From Longimicrobiales bacterium (GTDB lineage Bacteria > Gemmatimonadota > Gemmatimonadetes > Longimicrobiales > Gaopeijiaceae), in NCBI GenBank assembly GCA_965116905.1, contig OZ220732.1:288001-352000 (forward strand): a stretch of DNA of 64,000 nucleotides, read 5' to 3'. Each line of letters opens with the position of its first letter. Positions within the stretch are counted from its first letter, which is position 1. The notes beneath the pieces are model-generated. The model searched no databases, had not been told where the DNA came from, and saw only the letters and a program-made list of their open reading frames with translations. This document shows, piece by piece, positions 1-9,470 of this stretch. The translations under genes were made by a program, and so were the position numbers.

Positions 1-1462
1 CGCGGTCAGCTACCTGAAGCCGTCGAACCGCACCGTCGGCATCTTCATCCCCGACGACAACCCCGACCGTGCGGAGATCCCCGTGGCGCCCGACGTGGCT
101 TCCATCGTCGAAGGCTACACCGGCGACGAGGCGGTAGCCGAGGGCGAGGCCTTCGATCCTTCGCCCGCCAACATCGACCGCCGCACGATGTCCAGCGCGT
201 TCGCGAGCGGCATGGAAATCGCGCTGCTCCCCAAGGACACCCGCGGCGAGACGGTCGTGGCGTCGGTGACGCTGCGGTTCGGAAACGAAGAAGCCCTCAC
301 GGGCCGTGGATCCGCGGGGTCGCTCGCCGCCTCGATGCTGATGCGCGGGACCGCGAACCGCACGCGTCAGGAGATCCAGGACGAGATGAACCGGCTTCAG
401 GCGCAGGTGTCGGTCGGCGGCGGCGGCACGACGGCATCGGGACGCGTGCAGGCCACGCGCGAGAACTTCCCGGACGCCCTGCGGCTCCTCACCGAGGTCC
501 TGCGGGAGCCCGCATTTCCCGAGGACGAGTTCGAGACCCTGAAGGAACAGCGGCTCGCGGCCCTGGAGAGCCAGAAGTCCGAGCCACAGATTCAGGCGAT
601 ATTGGCTCTGCAGCGGCACATGACTCCCCGCGAGCCCGGTCACCCCCAGTACACGGCCACGATCGAAGAGTCGATCGCCGAGATCGAGGCGCTGACCCTG
701 GACGATGTCAGGGACTTCTACGAGACGTTCTACGGCACCGGGGCCGCGACCATGTCCATCGTCGGCGACTTCGACGACGACGAAGCGCTGCGGATCGTCG
801 AAGAGGGGCTGGGCGACTGGACCGCGCCGGTGGCCTTCGCCCGCATCGGCCGGGGATTCGAGGAGATCGCCCCCGAGGACCTCCAGATCGAGACGCCGGA
901 CAAGGCCAACGCGTTCTTCGTAGCTGCCCAGGTCCTCCCCATGACCGACGCCCACGAGGACGTGGCCGCGCTGACGATGGCAAACTACCTGCTCGGCGGC
1001 GGATTCCTGAATTCGCGGCTCGCGACGCGGATCCGCCAGGAGGAAGGGCTGAGCTACGGCGTGGGGTCACAGCTGGGCTTCCACCCCATCGACGACGTCG
1101 GCCAGTTCATCGCCTTCGCCATCTACGCTCCCGAAAACCGGGACAAGGTCGAGGCCGCGTTCCGCGACGAAGTCCGCAAGATGCTCGACGAGGGCTTCAC
1201 CGCGGACGAGGTGGAGGCCGGCATCAACGGCTACCTGGAGAACGCAAGCCTCATGCGCGCGCAGGATCCGATTCTGGCCGGTGTTCTCGGCAACAACCTC
1301 TACTTCGACCGCACCATGGCGTGGCAGGCGGACCAGGAGGAAGCGATTCGTTCCCTGACCGCCGCACAGATCAATGCCGCCGCGCGCCGCTGGATCGACC
1401 CGGAGAAGATGACGTTCGTGAAGGCGGGAGACTTTGCCGAGGCCGCGCGCGTGATTCCGTGA
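1..1462 (+). CDS. M16 family zinc peptidase (pitrilysin/PqqL-like), 5'-truncated by window edge
   Basis: Frame is open from base 2 (AVSYLKPSNRTVG...). Contains M16 C-terminal features MLMRGT..RTRQEI and GGGFLNSRLATRIRQEEGLSYGVGS. Confidence 0.9.
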   Translation, partial: AVSYLKPSNRTVGIFIPDDNPDRAEIPVAPDVASIVEGYTGDEAVAEGEAFDPSPANIDRRTMSSAFASGMEIALLPKDTRGETVVASVTLRFGNEEALTGRGSAGSLAASMLMRGTANRTRQEIQDEMNRLQAQVSVGGGGTTASGRVQATRENFPDALRLLTEVLREPAFPEDEFETLKEQRLAALESQKSEPQIQAILALQRHMTPREPGHPQYTATIEESIAEIEALTLDDVRDFYETFYGTGAATMSIVGDFDDDEALRIVEEGLGDWTAPVAFARIGRGFEEIAPEDLQIETPDKANAFFVAAQVLPMTDAHEDVAALTMANYLLGGGFLNSRLATRIRQEEGLSYGVGSQLGFHPIDDVGQFIAFAIYAPENRDKVEAAFRDEVRKMLDEGFTADEVEAGINGYLENASLMRAQDPILAGVLGNNLYFDRTMAWQADQEEAIRSLTAAQINAAARRWIDPEKMTFVKAGDFAEAARVIP

Positions 1463-1485
1463 CCCCGGTCGCTGGCCGGTGGCCG

Positions 1486-1671
1486 CTACTGCACGTGGCC
1501 GGCCTCCTCCAGCAGCTCGCGAAGCCTGGCTTCCCGGTCCGGGAGGGCCGTCCGGGCAATCGCGCGCGCCAGTCTGATTCGCTCTTCCTTGTTCACCTTG
1601 TCCAGCACTGAAATCGGAGTGCCATAACGCAGCAGAATGCGCTTGGCATCGATCGCTACCGAGTCTTCCAC
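1486..1671 (-). CDS. small hypothetical protein (61 aa)
   Basis: GTG start preceded by AGGAGG; MEDSVAIDAKRILLRYG...EEAGHVQ. It is the only protein-like part of the long 1486..2646 ORF. Confidence 0.7.
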   Translation of the reverse strand: MEDSVAIDAKRILLRYGTPISVLDKVNKEERIRLARAIARTALPDREARLRELLEEAGHVQ

Positions 1672-1803
1672 GCGGGCCTCCTTAAGGGACTGCAACAGCC
1701 GGTACAGTACGAAGTATCGCCGTTTCCAAGGACACCTGCCAACGGACACCTGTTGTTCGCACGCCGCTGTCCGCCGGGCGCCCGGACCCATTATCTTCCC
1801 GCC

Positions 1804-2484
1804 ATGACATTCCCGGTGCTCTCCCCTTCCGTCGAAGACTACCTGAAGGCGGTCTACTCGCTGAACGAACGGGGCGGTGCGGCCGGAACGAACGAGTTGG
1901 CGCGGGCGCTGGAAATCCAGCCCGCGTCGGTCAGCGGCATGATCCGCCGCCTGGCTGAAGACGGGCTTCTCGAGCACGAACCCTACCGTGGTGTCCGCCT
2001 CACCCCGGAGGGCCACCGCGAGGCGCTCAGGATCCTGAGGCGTCACAGGATCATCGAGACGTTTCTGGTGCAGCGCCTCGGCTACCCGTGGGACGATGTC
2101 CACGACGAGGCCGAGCGGCTCGAGCACGCCGCTTCCGAGACCCTCATCGATCGCATGGCCGACTCGCTCGGCAACCCGGCGACCGACCCGCACGGCGCGC
2201 CGATCCCCACGCGGGAAGGCAAGATCGACCCCACCCCCAGCCGCTCTCTCGACGAGGTCCTGCCGGGCACACGCGTCCTGGTCCGGTCGGTCCCGGACAA
2301 CAATCGCGATCGCCTGCGCTACTGCAAGTCCGTCGGGCTGGTGCCGGGGGCGCAGGTGGCGGTCACGGACGCGATCGCCGACAGCGATTCCGTAGCCGTG
2401 GTCGTGGGTGCGGGAACCGAGCCCGTATGGATCGAGGGCACGGTCGCGCAGCGCGTCACGGTGTCGGAGTTGCCGCAGCCCTGA
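1804..2484 (+). CDS. DtxR/MntR family metal-dependent transcriptional regulator with C-terminal FeoA-like domain
   Basis: SVEDYLKAVY, RRHRIIETFL, VHDEAERLEH and DPHGAPIP motifs. Confidence 0.93.
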   Translation: MTFPVLSPSVEDYLKAVYSLNERGGAAGTNELARALEIQPASVSGMIRRLAEDGLLEHEPYRGVRLTPEGHREALRILRRHRIIETFLVQRLGYPWDDVHDEAERLEHAASETLIDRMADSLGNPATDPHGAPIPTREGKIDPTPSRSLDEVLPGTRVLVRSVPDNNRDRLRYCKSVGLVPGAQVAVTDAIADSDSVAVVVGAGTEPVWIEGTVAQRVTVSELPQP

Positions 2485-2491
2485 CGGCGCC

Positions 2492-3472
2492 GTGTTGAGC
2501 AGTCTGGCCGCAATCCCGCGCACCGAGTTGGCCAGCGTCCCGACGCCGCTGATCGCCGTCCCGTCCCTTGCCGCACACCTGGGGACCGCGGTGCGCGTCT
2601 TCGTCAAGGCCGACGACCGCACCGGACTGGGACTGGGTGGCAACAAGGTCCGGAAGCTGGAATACGAACTGGCCCCCGAGCGGCTTCACGGCGTGACCGA
2701 GCTTGTCACGGCGGGTGGCCCGCACTCCAATCACTGCCGCGTTGTGGCGGCCGCGGCCGCCCAGCTCGGCCTTCGGTGCACACTGGTCATCAACGGCCAG
2801 GCAGACGACCCGACGCGCGGGAATGCCCTCCTCCACCGGCTCCTCGGGGCGCGCATCGTGACCGTCGCGGAACGGCAGGACCGGGATCCCGCGATGGAGG
2901 AGGAGGCCCGCCGCACAGCCGCGGCCGGGGGCAGGGCACTGGTGGTCCCGGTGGGCGCGTCGACCCCGAGGGGCGCGCTGGGCTACGTGCACTCGGCGGT
3001 GGAGATGCACCGGCAACTCGACTCGCCGACGCGAGCCTGGATCTTTGTGTGCACCTCGTCGGGGGGCACTCTCGGCGGCCTGATTCTCGGGTGCGCCCTG
3101 CTGGACTGGCCCGTGCGGCTGGTGGGGGTGAGCGCCGACGAACCCGCCGCGGCGGCAAGGGACCAGGCGGTCGGCCTGGCGCTGGACGCTGCCCGCCTGC
3201 TCGGCCATCAGGGACTCGCCGACCGCGTTCGCGCCCTGTCCGACCACGTCGTGACGACGGACGCCTTCGTCGGGGAGGGGTACGGCGCGGCAACGCCCGC
3301 GGGTGACGAGGCGGCACGGGTCTTCGGTGCCCGCACGGGCCTGATTCTCGACCCGGTCTACACCGCCAAGGCTGCGGCCGCGATGATCACCTGGCTCGGA
3401 CAAGGGCGCATACCCGCGTCCGACCAGGCCGTTTTCGTGCACACCGGGGGACATCCGGCGCTGTTTCGCTGA
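2492..3472 (+). CDS. D-cysteine desulfhydrase / ACC deaminase family PLP enzyme
   Basis: GGNKVRKLEY PLP-lysine motif, SNHCR, SSGGT, LDPVYTAKA, FVHTGG. Confidence 0.9.
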   Translation: MLSSLAAIPRTELASVPTPLIAVPSLAAHLGTAVRVFVKADDRTGLGLGGNKVRKLEYELAPERLHGVTELVTAGGPHSNHCRVVAAAAAQLGLRCTLVINGQADDPTRGNALLHRLLGARIVTVAERQDRDPAMEEEARRTAAAGGRALVVPVGASTPRGALGYVHSAVEMHRQLDSPTRAWIFVCTSSGGTLGGLILGCALLDWPVRLVGVSADEPAAAARDQAVGLALDAARLLGHQGLADRVRALSDHVVTTDAFVGEGYGAATPAGDEAARVFGARTGLILDPVYTAKAAAAMITWLGQGRIPASDQAVFVHTGGHPALFR

Positions 3473-3521
3473 CCCGCCCCGGCGCCCCGCCCGGGAGTCA
3501 CATGCAGGAGCCCACGGGCGG

Positions 3522-4835
3522 CTATGACGGCTCCAGCCCCAACAGCCGGACCACGCGGACGGTCTGAACGTCCATCTCGTCGGATTCGATGTACGCCATC
3601 AACCCGTCGGGTCCGAAACCGTCGGGGATACGGAGCCCATCGGCGGGCAGGGTGCCCAGGTAGCGCCCATCCGGGGTCAGCACATCCGTCGGCCCCTCTC
3701 CGTCGCCTCCCGCTCCGGTGCGCGCAACCCAGATGCGGTCCTCGCGATCGACCGCCACCTCGGCGATCACCGGGATCTCCTGCGCGAAGGCCATCGACTC
3801 GACCTGGGCGAGCATCATCTCGCGCATCTGCTGCTGAAAGCCCTCGTCCATGGCCATCGATCCCCCGGGTCCCACGATGCGCATGCGAGGACCCCCGCCG
3901 GACTCGCTGAACGACTCCCGGCGGCGCGCCCGCTCTGCTTCCATGATGGCGTCCGTCACGGCCTCGGGTGCGATCGCACGGCCGACGCTGCCGGTCACCG
4001 TCCCGTCCGCGCCGATCAGCTTGACCTCGTACGCGGTGGAGTCCGCCACCAAGACCCGCCCGTCGGAGAGGACGCCGACGTGAAGTCCGGGATCGAAGGC
4101 GCGCATCCTGCCGAAGCGCATCTCCACGGTGCTCCGCCCCTCCTCGTCCCTGCCCGTCACCTCGTCCCCCGACTCGGTGGGGGGGAGGTTCCAGGCACGG
4201 TACAGCACCGTCTTTTCGGATCCGTCGAGCGAGAAGACGTCGATGGGGCGGCGATGATCCTCTTCCTCACCGTCGTCCTCCGACTCCTCGCCGGGTGCAC
4301 CGGTCCGGAACGTGGGACCGCCGGCAGACACCAGACGCCCGTCCGGCAGCGGAAGGAGCATCGACCCCGGCCCACCTCGCGAGAGGTCGACCGGCACGCT
4401 GCGGACGAACTCGCCCAGCTCGTCGAAGATCTCGAAGGCACCGGGCAGGCTGAAGTCGTAAACCACGAGGCTGCCGTCATCGAGCGCCGCCGCCGCCGTG
4501 GGGTTGCTGAACTCCCCCGGGCCGTCGCCCTGCGTCCCAAACGTACGCACGTGGCTGCCGTCGGGGCCGATCACGACGACGCGGCGAGCGCCTTCGTCGA
4601 CGATATGAAGGTTGCCGTCGGAATCGAAGACGGTCCCGGCGATGATGCCGAAGTTCTCCCAGTCGTCTCCGGCAAGCGCGCCCGCGGTGAAGACTTCCTC
4701 GATCGACGCAACGAGGGGCGTATCGGCGGCGGCCTCCCCGGCGCCGGGTCCCGATTCCCCACACGCGAGGGGGAAGAGGCAGACCACCGCGAGGATCGGG
4801 AGCGTGCGTTGCAGGAAGGATGGATGGTTACGCAT
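3522..4835 (-). CDS. 6-bladed beta-propeller (NHL-like) lipoprotein
   Basis: Lipobox LAC; G.QGDGPGEF repeat; DREDRIWV and DVLTPDGRYLG blades. Confidence 0.8.
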   Translation of the reverse strand: MRNHPSFLQRTLPILAVVCLFPLACGESGPGAGEAAADTPLVASIEEVFTAGALAGDDWENFGIIAGTVFDSDGNLHIVDEGARRVVVIGPDGSHVRTFGTQGDGPGEFSNPTAAAALDDGSLVVYDFSLPGAFEIFDELGEFVRSVPVDLSRGGPGSMLLPLPDGRLVSAGGPTFRTGAPGEESEDDGEEEDHRRPIDVFSLDGSEKTVLYRAWNLPPTESGDEVTGRDEEGRSTVEMRFGRMRAFDPGLHVGVLSDGRVLVADSTAYEVKLIGADGTVTGSVGRAIAPEAVTDAIMEAERARRRESFSESGGGPRMRIVGPGGSMAMDEGFQQQMREMMLAQVESMAFAQEIPVIAEVAVDREDRIWVARTGAGGDGEGPTDVLTPDGRYLGTLPADGLRIPDGFGPDGLMAYIESDEMDVQTVRVVRLLGLEPS

Positions 4836-5009
4836 CGGAGGCAGACCCGTGGTCGAGGGACAGTGAGATGCTCAGACAATTGGACGTTCGCGGCAACAAC
4901 ATCGTTGCACGGCGCCGGACGGCTTTCCACAACCGGCACCGGCGCATACCTTGTTCTCCCCGAAAAAGGCCAAACGACCAGCCGTACGCCACACCGTAGG
5001 AGGAATTCC

Positions 5010-7043
5010 ATGGCCAGGTCCACCACATCAGGACTGCTGCTCCTTGCCCTCGTCTCCCTCGCGATACCCGCGGGCCTGTCCGCCCAGAACGAACCGGACG
5101 GCACGCTCAAGCTCGAGACCTATCTCGACTGGGAATGGGTGGCCGACCCCCGGATCTCTCCGGACGGCAGCCAGATCATCTACACGCAGAGCTGGGTGGA
5201 CAAGCAGAACGACCGCCGCAGTTCGTCGATCTACATCATGGACGCGGACGGGGAGCGGAGGCGCCGGCTCGTGGAGGACGGCTCCTCGCCGAAGTGGTCG
5301 CCCTCCGGTGACCGGATCCTGTTTACCGCCGAGGGCGAACCCGAGGGGACCCAGATCTTCGTCCGCTACATGGACGCGGAAGGGGCCGTGACGCAGGTCA
5401 CGCATCTCGAGAACAGCCCCGGCAGCGTCGAGTGGTCTCCCGACGGAACGCAGATCGCCTTTACGATGTCGGTGGATTCGGACAACCCATGGCCGATCAG
5501 CCTGCCCGGACGGCCCGACGGCGCCAGCTGGACCGAGGCGCCGAAGGTGGTCGACCGGCTGGTCTACCGGCGCGACAGGCGCGGCTACATCGACGAGGGC
5601 TACTCCCACCTCTTCGTCGTGCCGGCCGACGGCGGCACCGCCCGCCAGCTCACCGACGGCGACTGGAATCACAACGGGGTGGCGTGGACCCCCGACGGGG
5701 CGGAAATCCTCTTCACCTCGCTCCGTGTCGAGGACGCCGACCACGAATGGCGCCAGTCCGACATCTATTCGGTGGCGGTGGCCAGCGGCGCCATCACCCG
5801 CCTGACCGATCGGTCGGGTCCCGACGGGTCACCCGTGCCCTCGCCCGACGGCAGCCTCATCGTCTATACCGGCAACGACCTGACCACCGATACCTACATC
5901 ACGCGCAAGATCTACGTCATGAACCGCGACGGTTCGAATTCGCGCATGATCAGCGACGGGTTCGACCGGCAGGCCTCGGGCATGATCTGGGCCCCGGACA
6001 ACAGCGGCGTGTACATGACCGTGAGGAGCGAGGGGACCAGCAACCTCCACTTCGCGTCCGTCGACGGAGGCGTCAGGCAGGTCACGGAAGGCAATCACAT
6101 GCTGAGCGTGGCGTCGGTCGCGGCGGGGATGGCCGTGGGGACGCTCTCCGACTATCACCAGCCCGGTGACGTCGTGGCGTTCGCCCTCGACAGCCCGGAC
6201 GAAGTCACCCGGCTGACCGACGTGAACTCGGATGTCCTGGCCGGAGTGACGCTGGGCGACGTCGAGGAAGTGTGGTACAAGTCGGTCGAGGACTACGACA
6301 TCCAGGGGTGGATCATCAAGCCGCCCGACTTCGACCCGTCGAACGAATACCCCCTCATCCTCGCGATCCACGGCGGGCCGCACGGCATGTACAACGTGGG
6401 ATTCAACTTCGGCTGGCAGAACCACGCCGCCAACGGGTACGTGGTGCTCTACACCAACCCCCGCGGCTCATCGGGCTATGGCAGCGCCTTCGGCAACTCG
6501 ATCAAGAACGCTTATCCCGGCAAGGACTTCGACGACCTGATGGCGGGCGTCGACCTCGTCGTCGAGCGGGGCTACATCGACGAGCAGAACATGTTCGTGT
6601 ACGGCTGCTCCGGCGGTGGCGTGCTGACCTCGTGGGTCGTCGGTCACACGGACCGCTTCGCGGCGGCCTCGGCGAACTGCCCGGTCACGAACTGGCTGTC
6701 CTTCGTCGGCACCACCGACGGCGCCAGCTGGTACCGCAACTTCGAGCACTTCCCGTGGGATGACCCGTCCGAGCATCTGCGCCGTTCGCCGCTCATGTAC
6801 GTGGGCAACGTCACCACGCCCACCATGCTCATGACCGGTGAGGGCGATCTCCGGACCCCGATGCCCCAGACGGAGGAGTACTACCAGGCGCTCAGGGTCC
6901 TGAAGGTCCCCACCGCGATGATCCGCTTCAAGAACGAGTGGCACGGCACGAGCTCGATGCCTTCGAACTTCCTGCGCACGCACATCTACCTGCGCGAGTG
7001 GTTCGAGAAGCACCGCAGGGGAGGACGCGTAACCGACCAGTAG
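5010..7043 (+). CDS. S9 family (acylaminoacyl/dipeptidyl) peptidase with PD40 propeller, secreted
   Basis: AGGAGG before ATG 5010; signal peptide; WSPDG repeats; IHGGPH, GCSGGG nucleophile, DLRTP, EWHG. Confidence 0.93.
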   Translation: MARSTTSGLLLLALVSLAIPAGLSAQNEPDGTLKLETYLDWEWVADPRISPDGSQIIYTQSWVDKQNDRRSSSIYIMDADGERRRRLVEDGSSPKWSPSGDRILFTAEGEPEGTQIFVRYMDAEGAVTQVTHLENSPGSVEWSPDGTQIAFTMSVDSDNPWPISLPGRPDGASWTEAPKVVDRLVYRRDRRGYIDEGYSHLFVVPADGGTARQLTDGDWNHNGVAWTPDGAEILFTSLRVEDADHEWRQSDIYSVAVASGAITRLTDRSGPDGSPVPSPDGSLIVYTGNDLTTDTYITRKIYVMNRDGSNSRMISDGFDRQASGMIWAPDNSGVYMTVRSEGTSNLHFASVDGGVRQVTEGNHMLSVASVAAGMAVGTLSDYHQPGDVVAFALDSPDEVTRLTDVNSDVLAGVTLGDVEEVWYKSVEDYDIQGWIIKPPDFDPSNEYPLILAIHGGPHGMYNVGFNFGWQNHAANGYVVLYTNPRGSSGYGSAFGNSIKNAYPGKDFDDLMAGVDLVVERGYIDEQNMFVYGCSGGGVLTSWVVGHTDRFAAASANCPVTNWLSFVGTTDGASWYRNFEHFPWDDPSEHLRRSPLMYVGNVTTPTMLMTGEGDLRTPMPQTEEYYQALRVLKVPTAMIRFKNEWHGTSSMPSNFLRTHIYLREWFEKHRRGGRVTDQ

Positions 7044-7074
7044 CCTGCGGGTCGCCCTGGCGGGCCTGCCGGGC

Positions 7075-7479
7075 CTACCGGGCCGCGTAGATTCCCAGCC
7101 TGAGCGGCGGGTCGACCCACCAGTGGAAATGGAAGCGGTTCTCGCCTTCGACGATTACCGCTTCGCGCCGTTCCCGCGTCTTGGGCCAGTCGTCGCGCCC
7201 GTTGTGGACGACCAGGACCTGTCCGGGCTCCAGGCGCGCGACCCATTGCGCGAGCGCCTGCTCCAGGTTGCGCAACAGGTCCCTCTCCGCGTGCCGCTGC
7301 ACCTCGGCGTCGGCCTCGGCTCCGACTTCGCCCGTCTCCAATTCCTCGTAGCGGGCATCGAAATCGGCGGCGGGCACCGAAAACGCACGGTCGCGCATGA
7401 AGCCGATCTCGTTGATCGCGGTCGGGTTGAAGTTCGTTTCGACGCTGTGGTAGGCGTTGCCGTATCGCCGCAGAATCAT
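7075..7479 (-). CDS. hypothetical protein (134 aa)
   Basis: Protein-like composition; start overlaps the helicase stop (ATGA coupling at 7476-7479). Confidence 0.75.
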   Translation of the reverse strand: MILRRYGNAYHSVETNFNPTAINEIGFMRDRAFSVPAADFDARYEELETGEVGAEADAEVQRHAERDLLRNLEQALAQWVARLEPGQVLVVHNGRDDWPKTRERREAVIVEGENRFHFHWWVDPPLRLGIYAAR

Positions 7480-8747
7480 CGTTTACGTCCTGGTGTGTCA
7501 TGACTTAGAAGCGCGGCCAGTTCCTCGGGCTCCAGACGCTTGCCCGCCTTGCTGCCCATGCCGCGTCCCGACCGTGAGCGCCTGCGCGCGGGCTCCTTCC
7601 GCTCCATCGCCTCCCCGCCCGCGAAGTCGAAGTCGGGGTGGTGCACCTTGTCGAGTCTGCGCTCGAGCTGGTGCTCCAGCGTACGGAACGCCCCCAGGTC
7701 CGCCGCCGTGACGAACGTGACGGCCTCGCCGGTCGCGCCCGCCCTGCCCGTGCGCCCGGTTCGGTGCACATAGTCGCCGGGGTCCAGGGGGACATCGTAG
7801 TTCACCACGTGCGAGATCCCCTCGATATCGAGCCCGCGCTGCGCGATGTCGGTGGCGACCAGAACCCGGACCTCGCCCGCCGTGAAGCGGTCGATCGCGC
7901 GGGTGCGGTGGCGCATGTGCCGGTCCGAGTGGATCACGTCGGAGGAGATCCGGGCGCCGTCCAGCCGCGATTTCAGCGTGTCCGCGCCGATCTTCGTCCG
8001 GGTGAAGACGAGCACCTGTTCCCAGCCGGGCTGGCCGAGCAGGTGAATCAGGAGGTCGGGCTTCCTGTCGGGCCGAACCGAATAGGCGATTTCGGAGATA
8101 CCCTGGGCCAGCGTGCCGGAAGGGGTCACCTCGACCCATGCGGGATCCCTGGTCATGCGCAGCGCCAGGTCGTGGACAGCGTTGGGCATGGTCGCCGAGA
8201 AGAGCAGGGTCTGTGGCCGCTTGCCCAGACCGCGCACCACGTCCTCGATCTGGGGACGGAATCCCATGTCGAGCATGCGGTCGGCCTCGTCCAGGATCAG
8301 GAACCGCACGCTCTTCAGCTTCGCCGTCCCACGATTCTGCAGGTCGATCAGCCGGCCGGGCGTGGCGACGATGACTTCATGCCCGCCCTTGAACGCCGCC
8401 ACCTGGGGACCATAGGAAACGCCCCCGCATACCACCGTTGCGCGCACGCCCGTGCCCAGAGCCAGCGCGTCCGTGTCGTCGCAGACCTGCTGCGCCAACT
8501 CCCGTGTGGGGCACAGGACCAGCACCTGAAGTCCCCCACCCTCCTCCAGCCGCTCCAGCGCGGGAAGCATGAACGCACCGGTCTTTCCGGTGCCGGTGCG
8601 GGCGATGCCAACGACGTCCCTGCCCGTCATGACCAGGGGGATCGCCTGCCGCTGGATGGAAGTCGGCTGCGTCCAGCCCTGAGCTTCCACCGCGGCCAGG
8701 CGCGTTTCCGAAAGGCCGAAGCCCGAGAATTCTGTTGATTCGGTCAA
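7476..8747 (-). CDS. DEAD-box RNA helicase (RhlE-like)
   Basis: Q motif, TGTGKT, PTRELA, TPGR, DEAD, SAT and HRTGRTGR are all present. Likely TTG start at 8747. Confidence 0.95.
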   Translation of the reverse strand: MTESTEFSGFGLSETRLAAVEAQGWTQPTSIQRQAIPLVMTGRDVVGIARTGTGKTGAFMLPALERLEEGGGLQVLVLCPTRELAQQVCDDTDALALGTGVRATVVCGGVSYGPQVAAFKGGHEVIVATPGRLIDLQNRGTAKLKSVRFLILDEADRMLDMGFRPQIEDVVRGLGKRPQTLLFSATMPNAVHDLALRMTRDPAWVEVTPSGTLAQGISEIAYSVRPDRKPDLLIHLLGQPGWEQVLVFTRTKIGADTLKSRLDGARISSDVIHSDRHMRHRTRAIDRFTAGEVRVLVATDIAQRGLDIEGISHVVNYDVPLDPGDYVHRTGRTGRAGATGEAVTFVTAADLGAFRTLEHQLERRLDKVHHPDFDFAGGEAMERKEPARRRSRSGRGMGSKAGKRLEPEELAALLSHDTPGRKR

Positions 8748-8809
8748 ATGCTGTTTCTTGGTGGAGGGATCCGCCCCATGCGCTGCGGTCCCCCGTTTGA
8801 AGAGGTCCG

Positions 8810-8852
8810 CCACGCGTTTTGGTCCCCGACCACGCGTTTCGGTCCCCGACCA
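8810..8852. repeat. 20-bp tandem duplication in divergent intergenic region
   Basis: ccacgcgttt(t/c)ggtccccga x2. Confidence 0.9.
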
Positions 8853-8869
8853 ATGTAATACCTTCAGGA

Positions 8870-9466
8870 ATGTCCGACTCGACAACCGGCTCCAGGACCT
8901 CGGTCCTGTTCGTCTGCCTCGGCAACATATGCCGCTCGCCGCTGGCCGAGGGAATCTTCAGCCACCAGGCGGAGATACGCGGGTTGGCCGACCGCTTCGA
9001 GGTGGACTCCGCCGGCACGGGCGCCTACCACGCCGGCGAGCCTCCCGACTCCCGTTCCGTCGCCGTGGCGGCGTCTCACGGCGTGCGGCTGTTCGGGACC
9101 GCCCGTCAGGTCGCCATGGACGACTTCGAACGATTCGATCTGATCGTGGCGATGGACAGGAGCAACCAGCGCTCGCTGGAAGGGCTGCGCGAGGGCGGAG
9201 CGCAGTGGGACCACAGGCGTCGGCGTCGTCAGCGGCGTCGTCGTCGGCAGCACCGTGGCGGCGGTGAAGGACGAGCCGGGCCGCAGGGAGACCGGGATCG
9301 GGCCCGCATCGTCATGATGCGCGACTACGACCACGACCCCGGCGGCGGCGATCCGGATGTGCCCGACCCCTACTATGGGGGACCCGGAGGCTTCGAAGAG
9401 GTCTATCACATTCTGGAGCGAGCCTGCGCCGCGCTACTCGACGAACTGGCCGGCCCGAACCGCTGA
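8870..9466 (+). CDS. low-molecular-weight protein-tyrosine/arginine phosphatase with Arg-rich insert
   Basis: FVCLGNICRS P-loop, DSAGT, DVPDPYYG. Confidence 0.93.
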   Translation: MSDSTTGSRTSVLFVCLGNICRSPLAEGIFSHQAEIRGLADRFEVDSAGTGAYHAGEPPDSRSVAVAASHGVRLFGTARQVAMDDFERFDLIVAMDRSNQRSLEGLREGGAQWDHRRRRRQRRRRRQHRGGGEGRAGPQGDRDRARIVMMRDYDHDPGGGDPDVPDPYYGGPGGFEEVYHILERACAALLDELAGPNR

Positions 9467-9470
9467 GGGT

